From NCBI GenBank assembly GCA_965205505.1, contig CBDBHB010000009.1:1152001-1216000 (forward strand): 64,000 bases of DNA, read 5' to 3'. The stretch comes from Acidobacteriota bacterium. GTDB lineage: Bacteria; Acidobacteriota; UBA890; WLXD01. Positions 29,581 to 38,735 of the stretch are shown one piece after another. Below the pieces are notes generated by a model. It saw only the letters and a list, made by a program, of their open reading frames with translations, was not told the origin of the DNA and did not search any database. The position numbers and the translations under genes are program-made. The first letter of the stretch is position 1, and each line of letters begins with the position of its first letter.

Positions 29581-30768
29581 ATGATCTCGTCAGAACAGCT
29601 GTCGATGCGCTTCTCCAACGTCGGCCACAGCTTTTCGCACCTGTTCATGCTGCTGTATCCGACCGCGCTGCTCGGCTTGGAGTCGGAGCTGGGCATGAGC
29701 TATGCGGAGCTCGTCGCGCTGCTGACGGCCGGCAACGTCCTTTTCGGCCTCGGCGCCCTGCCGGCTGGCTGGCTCGGCGACCGCTGGGACGCCCTGCGCA
29801 TGATGGTGCTGTTCTTCGTTGGTCTCGGCGTTGCCTCGATCCTCACCGGGTTGATGGGCAGCGCCATCGGCATCGGGTTCGGCCTTGCCTTGATGGGGCT
29901 GTTTGCGTCGATCTACCACCCGGTCGGGATCGCCTGGTTGGTACGCAACGCTCCGAGCCCCGGCCGGGTGTTGGGCGTCAACGGGATCTTCGGCAGCTTG
30001 GGAATCGCCTCGGCCAGCGTGATCGCGGGCCTGCTTACCGACCTGATCAGCTGGCGCGCCGCGTTCATTGTTCCGGGGGTAGTTTGCACGGTCACGGGCC
30101 TGTTGCTCTGGCGCTACATCCGTGACGGCTCCATCGTGGCGCGAGAGCGCGACGTGCAGGAGCTTGATCGGAGCGCGCCGGGCGAGGGCCGGTCGCGCGT
30201 ATTCCTGGTGATGACCATCGCTATCCTGTGCGGCGGCATGATGTTCCAGGCACTGTCGGTGATCATGCCCAAGTTGTTTGCCGAGCGGTTGCTGCAGCCC
30301 GGCGAATTCAGCGCTCTTGGGGCCGGCGGCCTGGTGTCGCTTGTCTACCTCATCGCCGCCGCCGCCCACCTGATCGGCGGGTATCTGGCAGATCGCCACA
30401 CGGCGCGTCCGGTCTACGTCGGGATCTACGCGATCGTCACGCCACTGCTGCTGATCGCGGCCGGCATGAGCGGGTACGGCCTGGTAGCGGTTCTGGCCGT
30501 CGCCGTCTTTCTGCAAACCGGGGGCATTCCGGTCGAGAACGTCCTACTGGCCCGCTACTCGCCGCCCGACTGGCGTGGCACCGTCTACGGCGTCAAGTTC
30601 GTCATCGCCTTCGGCGTTGCGTCGTTGGCGGTGCCCATGGTCGCGGTGCTGCATGGGTTCACTGGCGGTTTTTTCTGGGTGATGGTGACCCTCGGAGGAC
30701 TGGGCGCGGCGGTGGCTCTGGTTAGCATGTTCTTGCCCACCGAGCGCCGCGTCACCACCGCGCTTTGA
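29581..30768 (+). CDS. MFS transporter
   Basis: About 12 TM helices; GWLGDRW, ASIYHPVG and GGYLADRH motifs. Confidence 0.88.
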   Translation: MISSEQLSMRFSNVGHSFSHLFMLLYPTALLGLESELGMSYAELVALLTAGNVLFGLGALPAGWLGDRWDALRMMVLFFVGLGVASILTGLMGSAIGIGFGLALMGLFASIYHPVGIAWLVRNAPSPGRVLGVNGIFGSLGIASASVIAGLLTDLISWRAAFIVPGVVCTVTGLLLWRYIRDGSIVARERDVQELDRSAPGEGRSRVFLVMTIAILCGGMMFQALSVIMPKLFAERLLQPGEFSALGAGGLVSLVYLIAAAAHLIGGYLADRHTARPVYVGIYAIVTPLLLIAAGMSGYGLVAVLAVAVFLQTGGIPVENVLLARYSPPDWRGTVYGVKFVIAFGVASLAVPMVAVLHGFTGGFFWVMVTLGGLGAAVALVSMFLPTERRVTTAL

Positions 30769-31567
30769 CGAAGATGCTGGCGCGAGTGCCGTCCACGTCT
30801 GCGGTGCCGGCAAAGAGCGGTTGGTCGTCGACGCTGGCGTCGATGCTCGAGCTCTGAATGTGGATACCGATGCTCGCGTTCTTGAAGCTCAGATGTTCCA
30901 GCCCGGCGCCGCGAACAAACTGCGACCCGTCCACAGTCCGAAACTTCACGGCAAACCAGCCGAAATCCGCCGTGAAGCGCCACTTCCGGGACAACATTTG
31001 GCGCAACTCCACGCCAACGAACGGGAGTGGCGCATCAACGGTCGCCTCTTCGCGCAGCCCGAGCACCGGCGCCTCGATGGAGAACAGGTAGTCTACGCGC
31101 CGCACCCCGATTCCGATGCCGAAGGCCGTGCGGTTCGTGACGATCGAATAGTAGCGATACCAAATGCGGAGCTCCTCCTGTTCTGTTGCCAAGGTGACGG
31201 CCTGGTCGATTGGGATCTCGATGTCACCGAATTGAATCCCGGTCAACACTTGGCTCGCCGAGCTGCGATCGACCTTGAACCAGCTTGCGCCGATCAGGTG
31301 TCGCTTGGCGATTCGCCACTCGGCGCTGAGGCTGGGTATGGTCTTCGACGCGTCGAGATCCAAGTCGCCTTCGAAATTGATCGTCGTGCCGACGCCGAGC
31401 TGCTCGGAATCCAGGCGGACAACCGTCTTGAGATTCAGCAGGTAGGAAGCCTCGAGGGCGACGCTTACTTTGTCGAAGAGCCTGAGCTGCTCCTCCTGAG
31501 CCCGAGCGGGCACGGCGAAGGCGAGACACAAGCCCGCAGCCAGCGCGATCGGACCGAAGCCCCTCAT
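30752..31567 (-). CDS. Outer-membrane beta-barrel protein
   Basis: Signal peptide; alternating amphipathic strands; terminal aromatic residue (VKARW). Confidence 0.7.
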   Translation of the reverse strand: MRGFGPIALAAGLCLAFAVPARAQEEQLRLFDKVSVALEASYLLNLKTVVRLDSEQLGVGTTINFEGDLDLDASKTIPSLSAEWRIAKRHLIGASWFKVDRSSASQVLTGIQFGDIEIPIDQAVTLATEQEELRIWYRYYSIVTNRTAFGIGIGVRRVDYLFSIEAPVLGLREEATVDAPLPFVGVELRQMLSRKWRFTADFGWFAVKFRTVDGSQFVRGAGLEHLSFKNASIGIHIQSSSIDASVDDQPLFAGTADVDGTRASIFVKARW

Positions 31568-31946
31568 GTCCCTCGCTCACCCCGTGTACCAGTACCCGCA
31601 GACTGATCGTACCTGATCCGGCCCTGCGCGCGCTGGCGGTGGCCGGACTGCTCTTTCTCGTAGGGCTGGGACTGCTCTATCTGATCGAGGTGCTCGGCTG
31701 ATCGCCAGGTCACGTTGGAAGGGGCGCTACGGATGCCCGGTAGACAGGTTTCGGAGGATTGCCGACACTCGCACCAGAGTGCAAAGCGTGGAGCGGCTAC
31801 CGATCTACGGTGGCGTGGAGCATGCAGGAGGGAATGGGCCCACCACACTTGCACCACGGTCTGCTAGGTCCGGCTCTCGCCTGTGGCCGATGCCACCTTC
31901 CCACTACAATGCGGCGGGCGCTCATCCCCACAAGGAAGCCGTCAAC

Positions 31947-33296
31947 GTGACCGGCAGATCCCTCGCTCCCTACAAGATCATCGCCGCTCTGGCGCTCCTA
32001 CTGATCACCCTCGGTTGCGCCGCCGAGCCGGGAGTCGAGCTGACCATCCTTCACCTCAACGACCTGCACGCTCGACTCTTGCCGGACTCTGAGGGCAAGG
32101 GAGGCTTCGCGCACCTGGCCGCCGTGCTCGAGCGTGAGCGCAGCGCCACGGCCGCGCACCTGACACTGCACGCCGGGGACATGGTGCAGGGGACGCCGGT
32201 CTCGACGCTGTTCCAGGGTGTTCCGATCTTCACGATCGCCAATGGGCTCGGGATCGACGTTCACTGCCTCGGGAATCACGAATTCGACTACGGTTGGCAA
32301 CAGATTTCCGAGTACGTCGAGCGTTCCGCCTTCGCCACCGTGTCGGCCAACGTGACCGACGCCGCCGGCAACACCCTCGTGCCGCCGTACGTCGTACGAC
32401 GGGTCGGCGCGTTGCGAATCGCCGTGATCGGTGCCATGACCGAGCGGCTCAGCGGTCTTCTACGGTCGAGCAGCCTTGGCCCCTGGCGTGCGGCGCCGTT
32501 GGTGACGACGCTCAAGCCCGTGGTGGAAACGGCGGCCGCAGCCGCCGACATGGTGATCGTCCTCGGCCACCTGAGCAGTGGCGAGGCCGAGACCATTCTC
32601 GAGGCGCTGCCGCAAGTCGCCGTCGTCGTTCAGGGCCATCCGCATGCCGCCTGGGAGCAGGTGCTGGAAGTCGACGGGCGGATCGCGGTCAACGCTTCCG
32701 GCTACGGCCGTGACCTCGGCCGGTTGCGGTTGCGCTACGACCCGGAGACGCGGCGAATCCTTGCCCATGAGTGGGACCTGCTGCCGGTCGTTGCCAGCGA
32801 GGTGCCGCCCGACCCGGCGGTCGAACAACTGGTCGCAGACTGGGAGTCGCGTGCTGCCGATGTGGTCGATGTACCGATCGGCCGGGCTGCCCGGACTATC
32901 CGGGACGCCGAGTTGATGACGCTCATAACGACCGCCCTGCGCGACGGTACCGGAGCGCAGCTGGCGCACGTAGGTCGCGGCGGTATCCGCGACATCCTGC
33001 CTGAGGGCGAGCTGCTCGCCCGGCACGTCTGGAACGTCATGCCGTTCGATAACACCGTCGTGACCACCGAGATCACCGGGCGGCAGCTGATCGAGCTATA
33101 CGACACGGTGCTACGAAACGAGCCGATCGATGGCTATGAGTCACTCGACCCCTATCAGACCTATCGCCTTGTCACGAACGACTTTATTGCCGAAACGTGG
33201 AGCGATCAGGGTATCGATCTGGAGTGGACCGACACCGGGGTGGAGCCGCGCAACATGGTCATCGCTTGGATCGCGGCTCGCGAGTCGGTGCCATAG
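31947..33296 (+). CDS. Bifunctional metallophosphatase / 5'-nucleotidase
   Basis: HLNDLH, AGD, LGNHEFDYG, GHPH, GGIR and MPFDN motifs; lipoprotein-like signal (LGC). Confidence 0.9.
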   Translation: MTGRSLAPYKIIAALALLLITLGCAAEPGVELTILHLNDLHARLLPDSEGKGGFAHLAAVLERERSATAAHLTLHAGDMVQGTPVSTLFQGVPIFTIANGLGIDVHCLGNHEFDYGWQQISEYVERSAFATVSANVTDAAGNTLVPPYVVRRVGALRIAVIGAMTERLSGLLRSSSLGPWRAAPLVTTLKPVVETAAAAADMVIVLGHLSSGEAETILEALPQVAVVVQGHPHAAWEQVLEVDGRIAVNASGYGRDLGRLRLRYDPETRRILAHEWDLLPVVASEVPPDPAVEQLVADWESRAADVVDVPIGRAARTIRDAELMTLITTALRDGTGAQLAHVGRGGIRDILPEGELLARHVWNVMPFDNTVVTTEITGRQLIELYDTVLRNEPIDGYESLDPYQTYRLVTNDFIAETWSDQGIDLEWTDTGVEPRNMVIAWIAARESVP

Positions 33297-33388
33297 ATCG
33301 TTCGCGAGTAGTTGGCAGGATCGCCTGGACGATCGTGCTGGCGCGAATGTCGACCGGCTTGCGTGCGATCGCTTCCGTCGTGGCGCGA

Positions 33389-34588
33389 CTACAGCGAGCG
33401 CAGGAAATCCAGCAACGCTTGTCGACTAGCTTTGTCCAATCGCCGATATGCCTTACGGGCGGCGGCGGCTTCCCCCTCATGCCGTTGAATCGCCGCCCCG
33501 ACCGAGCCGGCAGAGCCGTCGTGCAGCAGAATGCGGCGGAAACGCAATCCCCACAGCGCCGGCGTGCGAATCTCGTTCGGTGCCGCGTCAGCTTGGCCGA
33601 TGCCGTCGCCCGTTCCGATATCGTGCAGTAGGAGATCGGAGAACAGTGGCACCGGCTGCCGGTCGAACAACCGATTGTCTGACGGGCCGGTGCGCAGCGT
33701 CGGCACGTGACAGCTGGAACAGCCGATCGAGCGGAATAGGTCTTCGCCCCTCTGTTCCTTGCCCCTGGTCGCGGCGCGTGATGGCGGAGCGAGAAATTGC
33801 ATGAACGAGACGAAATTGTCGACGCCGCTCAAGCCGGTGACCGGATCGGCGAAGTCCTCGGGATCCGGTATCGGATCGCAGAGAGTCATCTTCTCCGGCG
33901 AGATGCCGAAGGCAAGCTCTAGGGGGAAGATCTCGTTGGTGATGCCCATCTCGTTGCGGTATGCATCGCCGGCGAAGTCCCGCAGGGTGGCGAGCTGCGA
34001 CTTCCACCCGAATCGCCCCACCCGTAGCTCGCCGGTCACGATGTCTTCCACCACCGCTGCTCGTCCGCTGACGCCGTCGGAGTCGAGGTCGTCCGGATCA
34101 GCCCGGGCCGCTATCTCCGAGTCGGGGATCGCCTCCACTAGGCCGGCTCCGAACAGGGGAATCGGAATGCGCCGAGCCACGACTTTGACGTCGGCCGGGG
34201 GAACGGGCTGGCAGGCGTGGTCCGGTATGGAAAACACCTGAAACAGCGTGTCGCCCTCGGTGCCGTCTGGGAGCAGCGGTGGCCCGAAGACCCCGGCCGC
34301 GTTGCGCACGCCGAAGCGCACCTCGGTGGTGAGCCCACTGCCACCGACTGCCGGGATGCTGTGACACACGCCGCAGCTCGTGCCGTTGTAGGCGGGGCCG
34401 AGGCCGTCTTCGGAGGTTTCCACCTCGAGAAAGTCCTCGAGCCCGAGCCGGAAGCGCTCGAACTCGTGCGGCGTGATGCCGGCAATCGGTTGGCCCACGG
34501 GCACGGGCGCTGCCTGGCCGCCGGCTCGCCAGGCGCTCGCCGTCAGCAAGACGATCGCCGTCGCCCCCACAACGAGTGCCTTCTTCAT
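33389..34588 (-). CDS. Di-heme oxidoreductase (DHOR, putative peroxidase/thiol oxidoreductase)
   Basis: GLGP-YN--SCGVCH, GRFGWK, GCSSCH, SDLLLHD, RTPALWG and LHDG motifs. Confidence 0.88.
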   Translation of the reverse strand: MKKALVVGATAIVLLTASAWRAGGQAAPVPVGQPIAGITPHEFERFRLGLEDFLEVETSEDGLGPAYNGTSCGVCHSIPAVGGSGLTTEVRFGVRNAAGVFGPPLLPDGTEGDTLFQVFSIPDHACQPVPPADVKVVARRIPIPLFGAGLVEAIPDSEIAARADPDDLDSDGVSGRAAVVEDIVTGELRVGRFGWKSQLATLRDFAGDAYRNEMGITNEIFPLELAFGISPEKMTLCDPIPDPEDFADPVTGLSGVDNFVSFMQFLAPPSRAATRGKEQRGEDLFRSIGCSSCHVPTLRTGPSDNRLFDRQPVPLFSDLLLHDIGTGDGIGQADAAPNEIRTPALWGLRFRRILLHDGSAGSVGAAIQRHEGEAAAARKAYRRLDKASRQALLDFLRSL

Positions 34589-35022
34589 TGGGAGCCCCCT
34601 TCCGCCGCCGGCTCAGAGGGAGCCGAGGGAGCCGCCCTCACCCGGATGACGCCGCTCATGTAGCTGTGACCGGCGCCGCAAAGGCGTGAGCACTCGAACC
34701 GGTAGTCGCCTGGCTCGGTGGGTGCGAACAAAGCGCTTGCGGCGCCGCGATTGCGCTTCGGAATCGTGATGTCGATGTTGCCCGGGCCGACGATGCGGAA
34801 CCCGTGATCGGTGTCCTCGCTGGTGAGCCGAAACTCCACTGTGGTGCCGGCCTCGATGGTGATCTCGGAAGGTGTGAACAGGAACCGCTCGGCGACGATC
34901 TCGATCACACGGTTGGCCTCGGGTCGATCGACCGTGTCCTCGACCGGAGCCGGCTGCACCGTGGCGCACGCCAAGGCGCCACATAGAACCAGGCAACAAC
35001 CAGTGGCTGCGGGCATCTTCAT
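34585..35022 (-). CDS. Stand-alone CuA-type cupredoxin (Cox2-like) lipoprotein
   Basis: DTDHGF and CSRLCGAGHSYM CuA-like motif; LAC lipobox; start overlaps the porin stop (TAATG) and stop overlaps the DHOR start (ATGA). Confidence 0.85.
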   Translation of the reverse strand: MKMPAATGCCLVLCGALACATVQPAPVEDTVDRPEANRVIEIVAERFLFTPSEITIEAGTTVEFRLTSEDTDHGFRIVGPGNIDITIPKRNRGAASALFAPTEPGDYRFECSRLCGAGHSYMSGVIRVRAAPSAPSEPAAEGGSQ

Positions 35023-36158
35023 TAGAACCACCATCCGATTCCCAGGTTGAGCGAGCGCGGTCCGGCAATGACGTCGCTTTTCGAGCGCACGTGCGAGTAG
35101 TCGACCTTCAACACCACATCGGGATCCAGCCAGTAGTTGGCGCCGATCACCCAAGCATCGCGGTCAAACCCCGGTAGCGGCACGTCGCCCTCGTCCATAC
35201 GAAATTGGGTATCGAAGTCTTCGTAGCGTACGAACAGCCCGAGCTCGTGCGGAAAGCTGCGAGGCAACACGCTGTACGCCCCCTCGACATAGAACCCGCG
35301 GATCTGACTTCCCACGTTCGGATCGACCCCCGTCAAGCGAAACACCGCATCGTTCAATTCGGCGGCTCCCCCGATGAAGCCGTGGCCGTACTGGGCGCGA
35401 CCTTCGAAGCGTCCACGCCGATAGCGGGCGTCGGCCGCGATCATCTTGGTGGGCGTTTCGAGGCGCATCAGGGTCACGCTGCTGTCGCCCCGCCAGAAGC
35501 TCGTGCCGAGTGTAAGACCACGGATGCCCATGTACTCGAGGCGCCCGGTTACCGCCATCTGACGTACCTGCGCGTTACTGCCGTTTTGTGCCGCCCCGCG
35601 AAATCCTTCCTCGCCGCTGAACTCCACCGAATCGAGTGGCGCCATCACGTACATGCGGTAGCGCAGCTTGCCGCCGAGTGTGCCGTGGATGCCGCCACCG
35701 ACGTCGAACCAGGTGGTCGGAATGATGAACGTGTCGACGAAGGGCCGCTCGACGCCGTAGAACGTCGGCGGCTCGTGCCGCTCGTTGATGATGCCCATGG
35801 GTGCGAGCATCATTCCGGCGCGAAAGTTCAGCTCGGGCGTCACCAGGATGTCGACGTACGCCTGCTCCAACTCGAGCTCGCCCTTCTCTTCCAACCCTTC
35901 AACGATGCTGTGCTCGATCTCCACCTCACCGAAGAACTGGATGCGGTCGCTGAAGCGGTGCGACAGCAACAATACGAAGCGGTGAAAATCCAGAATTGGT
36001 GCGGCGATCGGGTCGCCAATCGGCCTGTTGTAGTGCATCTCCATGTAGCCGGAGATGGGCCCGGTCTCGGAAGTGGTCTGGCTCGATCCACCCTGGGCGG
36101 TCGCCGTGCCAGCCCACAGGAGGGGTGCCAGAAGAAAGCCGATCCGCAGGAGGCTCAT
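35022..36158 (-). CDS. Porin-like outer-membrane beta-barrel (OprO/P-like, metal-uptake associated type)
   Basis: Signal peptide; DFHRFVL, EVEIEH, ELEQAY and INERHEPPTF...IIPTTW motifs; terminal GWWF. Confidence 0.8.
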   Translation of the reverse strand: MSLLRIGFLLAPLLWAGTATAQGGSSQTTSETGPISGYMEMHYNRPIGDPIAAPILDFHRFVLLLSHRFSDRIQFFGEVEIEHSIVEGLEEKGELELEQAYVDILVTPELNFRAGMMLAPMGIINERHEPPTFYGVERPFVDTFIIPTTWFDVGGGIHGTLGGKLRYRMYVMAPLDSVEFSGEEGFRGAAQNGSNAQVRQMAVTGRLEYMGIRGLTLGTSFWRGDSSVTLMRLETPTKMIAADARYRRGRFEGRAQYGHGFIGGAAELNDAVFRLTGVDPNVGSQIRGFYVEGAYSVLPRSFPHELGLFVRYEDFDTQFRMDEGDVPLPGFDRDAWVIGANYWLDPDVVLKVDYSHVRSKSDVIAGPRSLNLGIGWWF

Positions 36159-36229
36159 GAGAGCCTCTCACCAGAGTTCGAGCCTTCCAGATACTCGATA
36201 TTTTCCAGATTCCTGGCGTCGGTTTTCAT
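36155..36229 (-). other. 24-aa ORF translationally coupled to the porin (leader peptide or deletion remnant)
   Basis: MKTDARNLENIEYLEGSNSGERLS*; its stop overlaps the porin ATG (ATGA). Confidence 0.4.
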
Positions 36230-36282
36230 CGTGTAGGTCCCACCCCGTCGGATCGGTTCGTGTGAATTCGGTTGCCTAATGC

Positions 36283-36324
36283 AGAAGTTAGCCTAGACTA
36301 AACTAAAGTTAGCCTAGACTAAAC
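36283..36324. promoter_or_regulatory. Two tandem DtxR/IdeR/MntR-like operator boxes
   Basis: AAGTTAGCCTAGACTAAAC occurs exactly twice (36285-36303, 36306-36324; 21-bp period). The reverse strand reads TTAGTCTAGGCTAACTTTA, close to the IdeR consensus TTAGGTTAGGCTAACCTAA. Confidence 0.75.
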
Positions 36325-36481
36325 CACAAGCTGCTCGTGGCTGTGAGCCCGCGACGGCCTCGACAATCCGTTCCCGGCGGGCCAGATTGTCGACTCCAGT
36401 CGACTGGAGTCTGCTGACTTGAGCCTTGGTTTGGGAGACGTCTGGACACGGTAGGTCGATGGGCACGGTAGGGAACATGCC

Positions 36482-38203
36482 ATGAAGAAGCTGTGCGGGA
36501 TTTGTTGGGTGATCTTGGCTGTTGTGGGCTGCGCGCCGGACCAGCCCGGCGCGTCTTCGGTTGACCGTGTCTTCGTCGACGGCAGGGTTTGGACCGGCGA
36601 CGAGGAGCGACCGATCGCGCAGGCGTTGGCGGTCGCCGGGGACACGATCGTCGCGGTGGGCACAACGTCGGAGATCCGCGCTCTCGTTTCGTCTGATACG
36701 GAGGTTGTCGACCTCGCCGGGCGCCTTGTCGTGCCGGGATTTCAGGACTCTCACATGCACCCCCTGTTTCGAGCGGTTGATGGGCTCGTGCTCGACGGTG
36801 CGGAGACGTTGGCCGAGATCCAACGTCGGGTGTCGGAGTACGCCGGCAGCCACCCGGACGCGCCGTGGATCACCGGCATGGGCTGGGCCTATGCAGCCTT
36901 CCCGGACAACACTGTCGACAGGAAGTACATCGATGAGATCATGCTCGACCGGCCGGTGTATCTGACCTCACGCGATGGTCACATGGGGTTCGGTAACTCC
37001 AGGGCGCTGGCCGATGCCGGGATCACTGCCAATACTCCCGATCCTCCGAACGGACGCATTATCAGGGACGCGAGCGGAGAGCCCACCGGCGAGCTGCAGG
37101 AAGCGGCGCAAGGCCTGGTGAGATCTCAGATCCCGCCCCCGACGGCCGAGCAGCTGTACGACGACCTGATCGCCAACATGGCCGCGGCGGCGGCCGTGGG
37201 CCTGACTACCGTGCAGGACGCGGGCACGTCGTTGGATCAGGTTCCGCTGTATGAAAGGGCGGCCGCCGAAGGAGCGCTGAAGCTGCGTGTCCGACTCACG
37301 CCCCGTATCTCGTTCGATGGCGACGATGCGTCAGGCAACGTCGAGAGCGCCGAGGATTCGACCCCGCCCGTTCCTGCTGAGTACAAGGCGCTGCGTGACC
37401 GCCTGGCCGGGCCTCTGGTCGAGCTCAGCTCCGTGAAGGGCATGCTGGATGGAACGATCGACGCGAAGACGGCGGCGATGTTCGAGCCATACGTGGGTGG
37501 CGGCGGCTCGGGGCTCCCGTTCTGGGACCAAGATGAGCTCAATAGCATCGTGGCGTCTTACGACCGAGACGGATTTCAGGTCGTGCTGCATGCGATCGGC
37601 GACAGAGCGATCAACACGGCGCTGAACGCGTTCGAGTATGCGCGGGACGTCAACGGGACGTCGGGTCGGCGGCATCGAGTCGAACACGCGGAACTGCCCA
37701 GGCTGTCCGATCTCGAGCGGTTCAGAGAGCTCGGCGTGGTGGCATCGACTCAGCCGATGTTTGCGCATCCGGATGCCACCGTGCTCGAGAACTTCGCGGT
37801 GTTGCTGGGGCCCGAGAGGGCGCAGCATGCAGATTCCTTCTCGTTGTACGACGACAGTGGTGTAGTGCAGGTGTTCGGTAGTGACTGGCCGGTGTTCACG
37901 TTCGACGTGCTAAAGGGGATCGAGGTAGCCGTGACGCGGACGACCGACAGCGGCACGCCGGCCGGAGGCTGGTATCCGGACGGTCGTATCTCGGTCGATG
38001 CTGCGTTGCGCCACTACACCGTCGATGCCGCATACGGAAGTCTTCAGGACGACGTCAGGGGCACGCTGGCGCCCGGCATGTGGGCCGATTTCGTCGTGCT
38101 CTCGCGAGACATCTTCGAGATTTCCCCTACGGAGATTTCTGAGACGAAAGTGGTGCTGACTGTGATGGGCGGCGACGATACGTATCGAAGCGAGGCTTTC
38201 TAG
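36482..38203 (+). CDS. Amidohydrolase 3 (YtcJ-like) lipoprotein
   Basis: PGFQDSHMH, DGH, HAIGD, RVEH, GSDWP and ADFVVLS motifs. Confidence 0.9.
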   Translation: MKKLCGICWVILAVVGCAPDQPGASSVDRVFVDGRVWTGDEERPIAQALAVAGDTIVAVGTTSEIRALVSSDTEVVDLAGRLVVPGFQDSHMHPLFRAVDGLVLDGAETLAEIQRRVSEYAGSHPDAPWITGMGWAYAAFPDNTVDRKYIDEIMLDRPVYLTSRDGHMGFGNSRALADAGITANTPDPPNGRIIRDASGEPTGELQEAAQGLVRSQIPPPTAEQLYDDLIANMAAAAAVGLTTVQDAGTSLDQVPLYERAAAEGALKLRVRLTPRISFDGDDASGNVESAEDSTPPVPAEYKALRDRLAGPLVELSSVKGMLDGTIDAKTAAMFEPYVGGGGSGLPFWDQDELNSIVASYDRDGFQVVLHAIGDRAINTALNAFEYARDVNGTSGRRHRVEHAELPRLSDLERFRELGVVASTQPMFAHPDATVLENFAVLLGPERAQHADSFSLYDDSGVVQVFGSDWPVFTFDVLKGIEVAVTRTTDSGTPAGGWYPDGRISVDAALRHYTVDAAYGSLQDDVRGTLAPGMWADFVVLSRDIFEISPTEISETKVVLTVMGGDDTYRSEAF

Positions 38204-38475
38204 TGGCCTGTAACAGATGATCGTTGCATATCGCAGATGGGATTTGCGGGTGAGATCAAGGCGCGGTGAGGAAGGCGATGCATTGGGCATCGTCGACGAG
38301 GCGCAACGCCGATATCGCCCGCAACCGCCCATCTGTCCGGAGGATGGCGGCGAAATCGGCCCGTCTGCGGCGTTGCTCCTCCTCGACGATGGGCAAACAT
38401 CGTCTCGTCGTCGCGCCTGGCATCCGGACCCATTTCGCCACCACGATATGCAACGATCATCTGTTACAGGCCACT
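38200..38475. mobile_element. About 278-bp two-armed palindromic MITE-like element, copy 1
   Basis: Perfect 32-bp TIRs at 38202-38233 and 38444-38475. The left CTAG supplies the amidohydrolase stop; the right CT|AG is split by the IS. Confidence 0.88.
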
Positions 38476-38489
38476 TCTATGAGAAGGCC

Positions 38490-38735
38490 TAGTTCGGTCA
38501 AGGGCAATGTGGTGCCCAGCGAAGAATCGATCTGCACGCCATGCTCCTATTCGCACTCTGGTGGACGAGGATTCAGGTCGTCCGGTGCATTCTGGGGTCC
38601 GTCCCGATTCGAGGCGCTGCAATCTAGCTGCCGAGCTCGAAGCTCGTAGTGACCTTCGCAGTCGCCCGGACCGGGCGGTCAGATCGATAACCGTTGGGTC
38701 GCGTCGCCCTACCGACCTCCTGGTTGCGGGTTAGT
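38490..38735 (-). ncRNA. Putative bridge RNA / seekRNA of the IS1111 element
   Basis: A CUGCGA/UUGCAG stem encloses an internal loop carrying AGGUCACUA and GCUAG either side of a CGAGC-UUCGA-GCUCG hairpin. Both loop strands match the reconstructed target. Confidence 0.75.

Noticed and set aside
31600-31705. Hydrophobic frame LRALAVAGLLFLVGLGLLYLIEVLG*
   Set aside because: No convincing start or RBS; it may be a gene remnant but cannot be assigned.
36285-36324. CRISPR or simple tandem repeat
   Set aside because: Only two 19-bp units with a 2-bp gap, no spacers and no cas genes; better explained as operator boxes.
38200-38475. Small ORFs ending MQRSSVTGH / MQRTSVTGH in the palindromic elements
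   Set aside because: The peptide similarity simply reflects the shared TIR sequence on both strands; the arm interiors are not conserved as protein.
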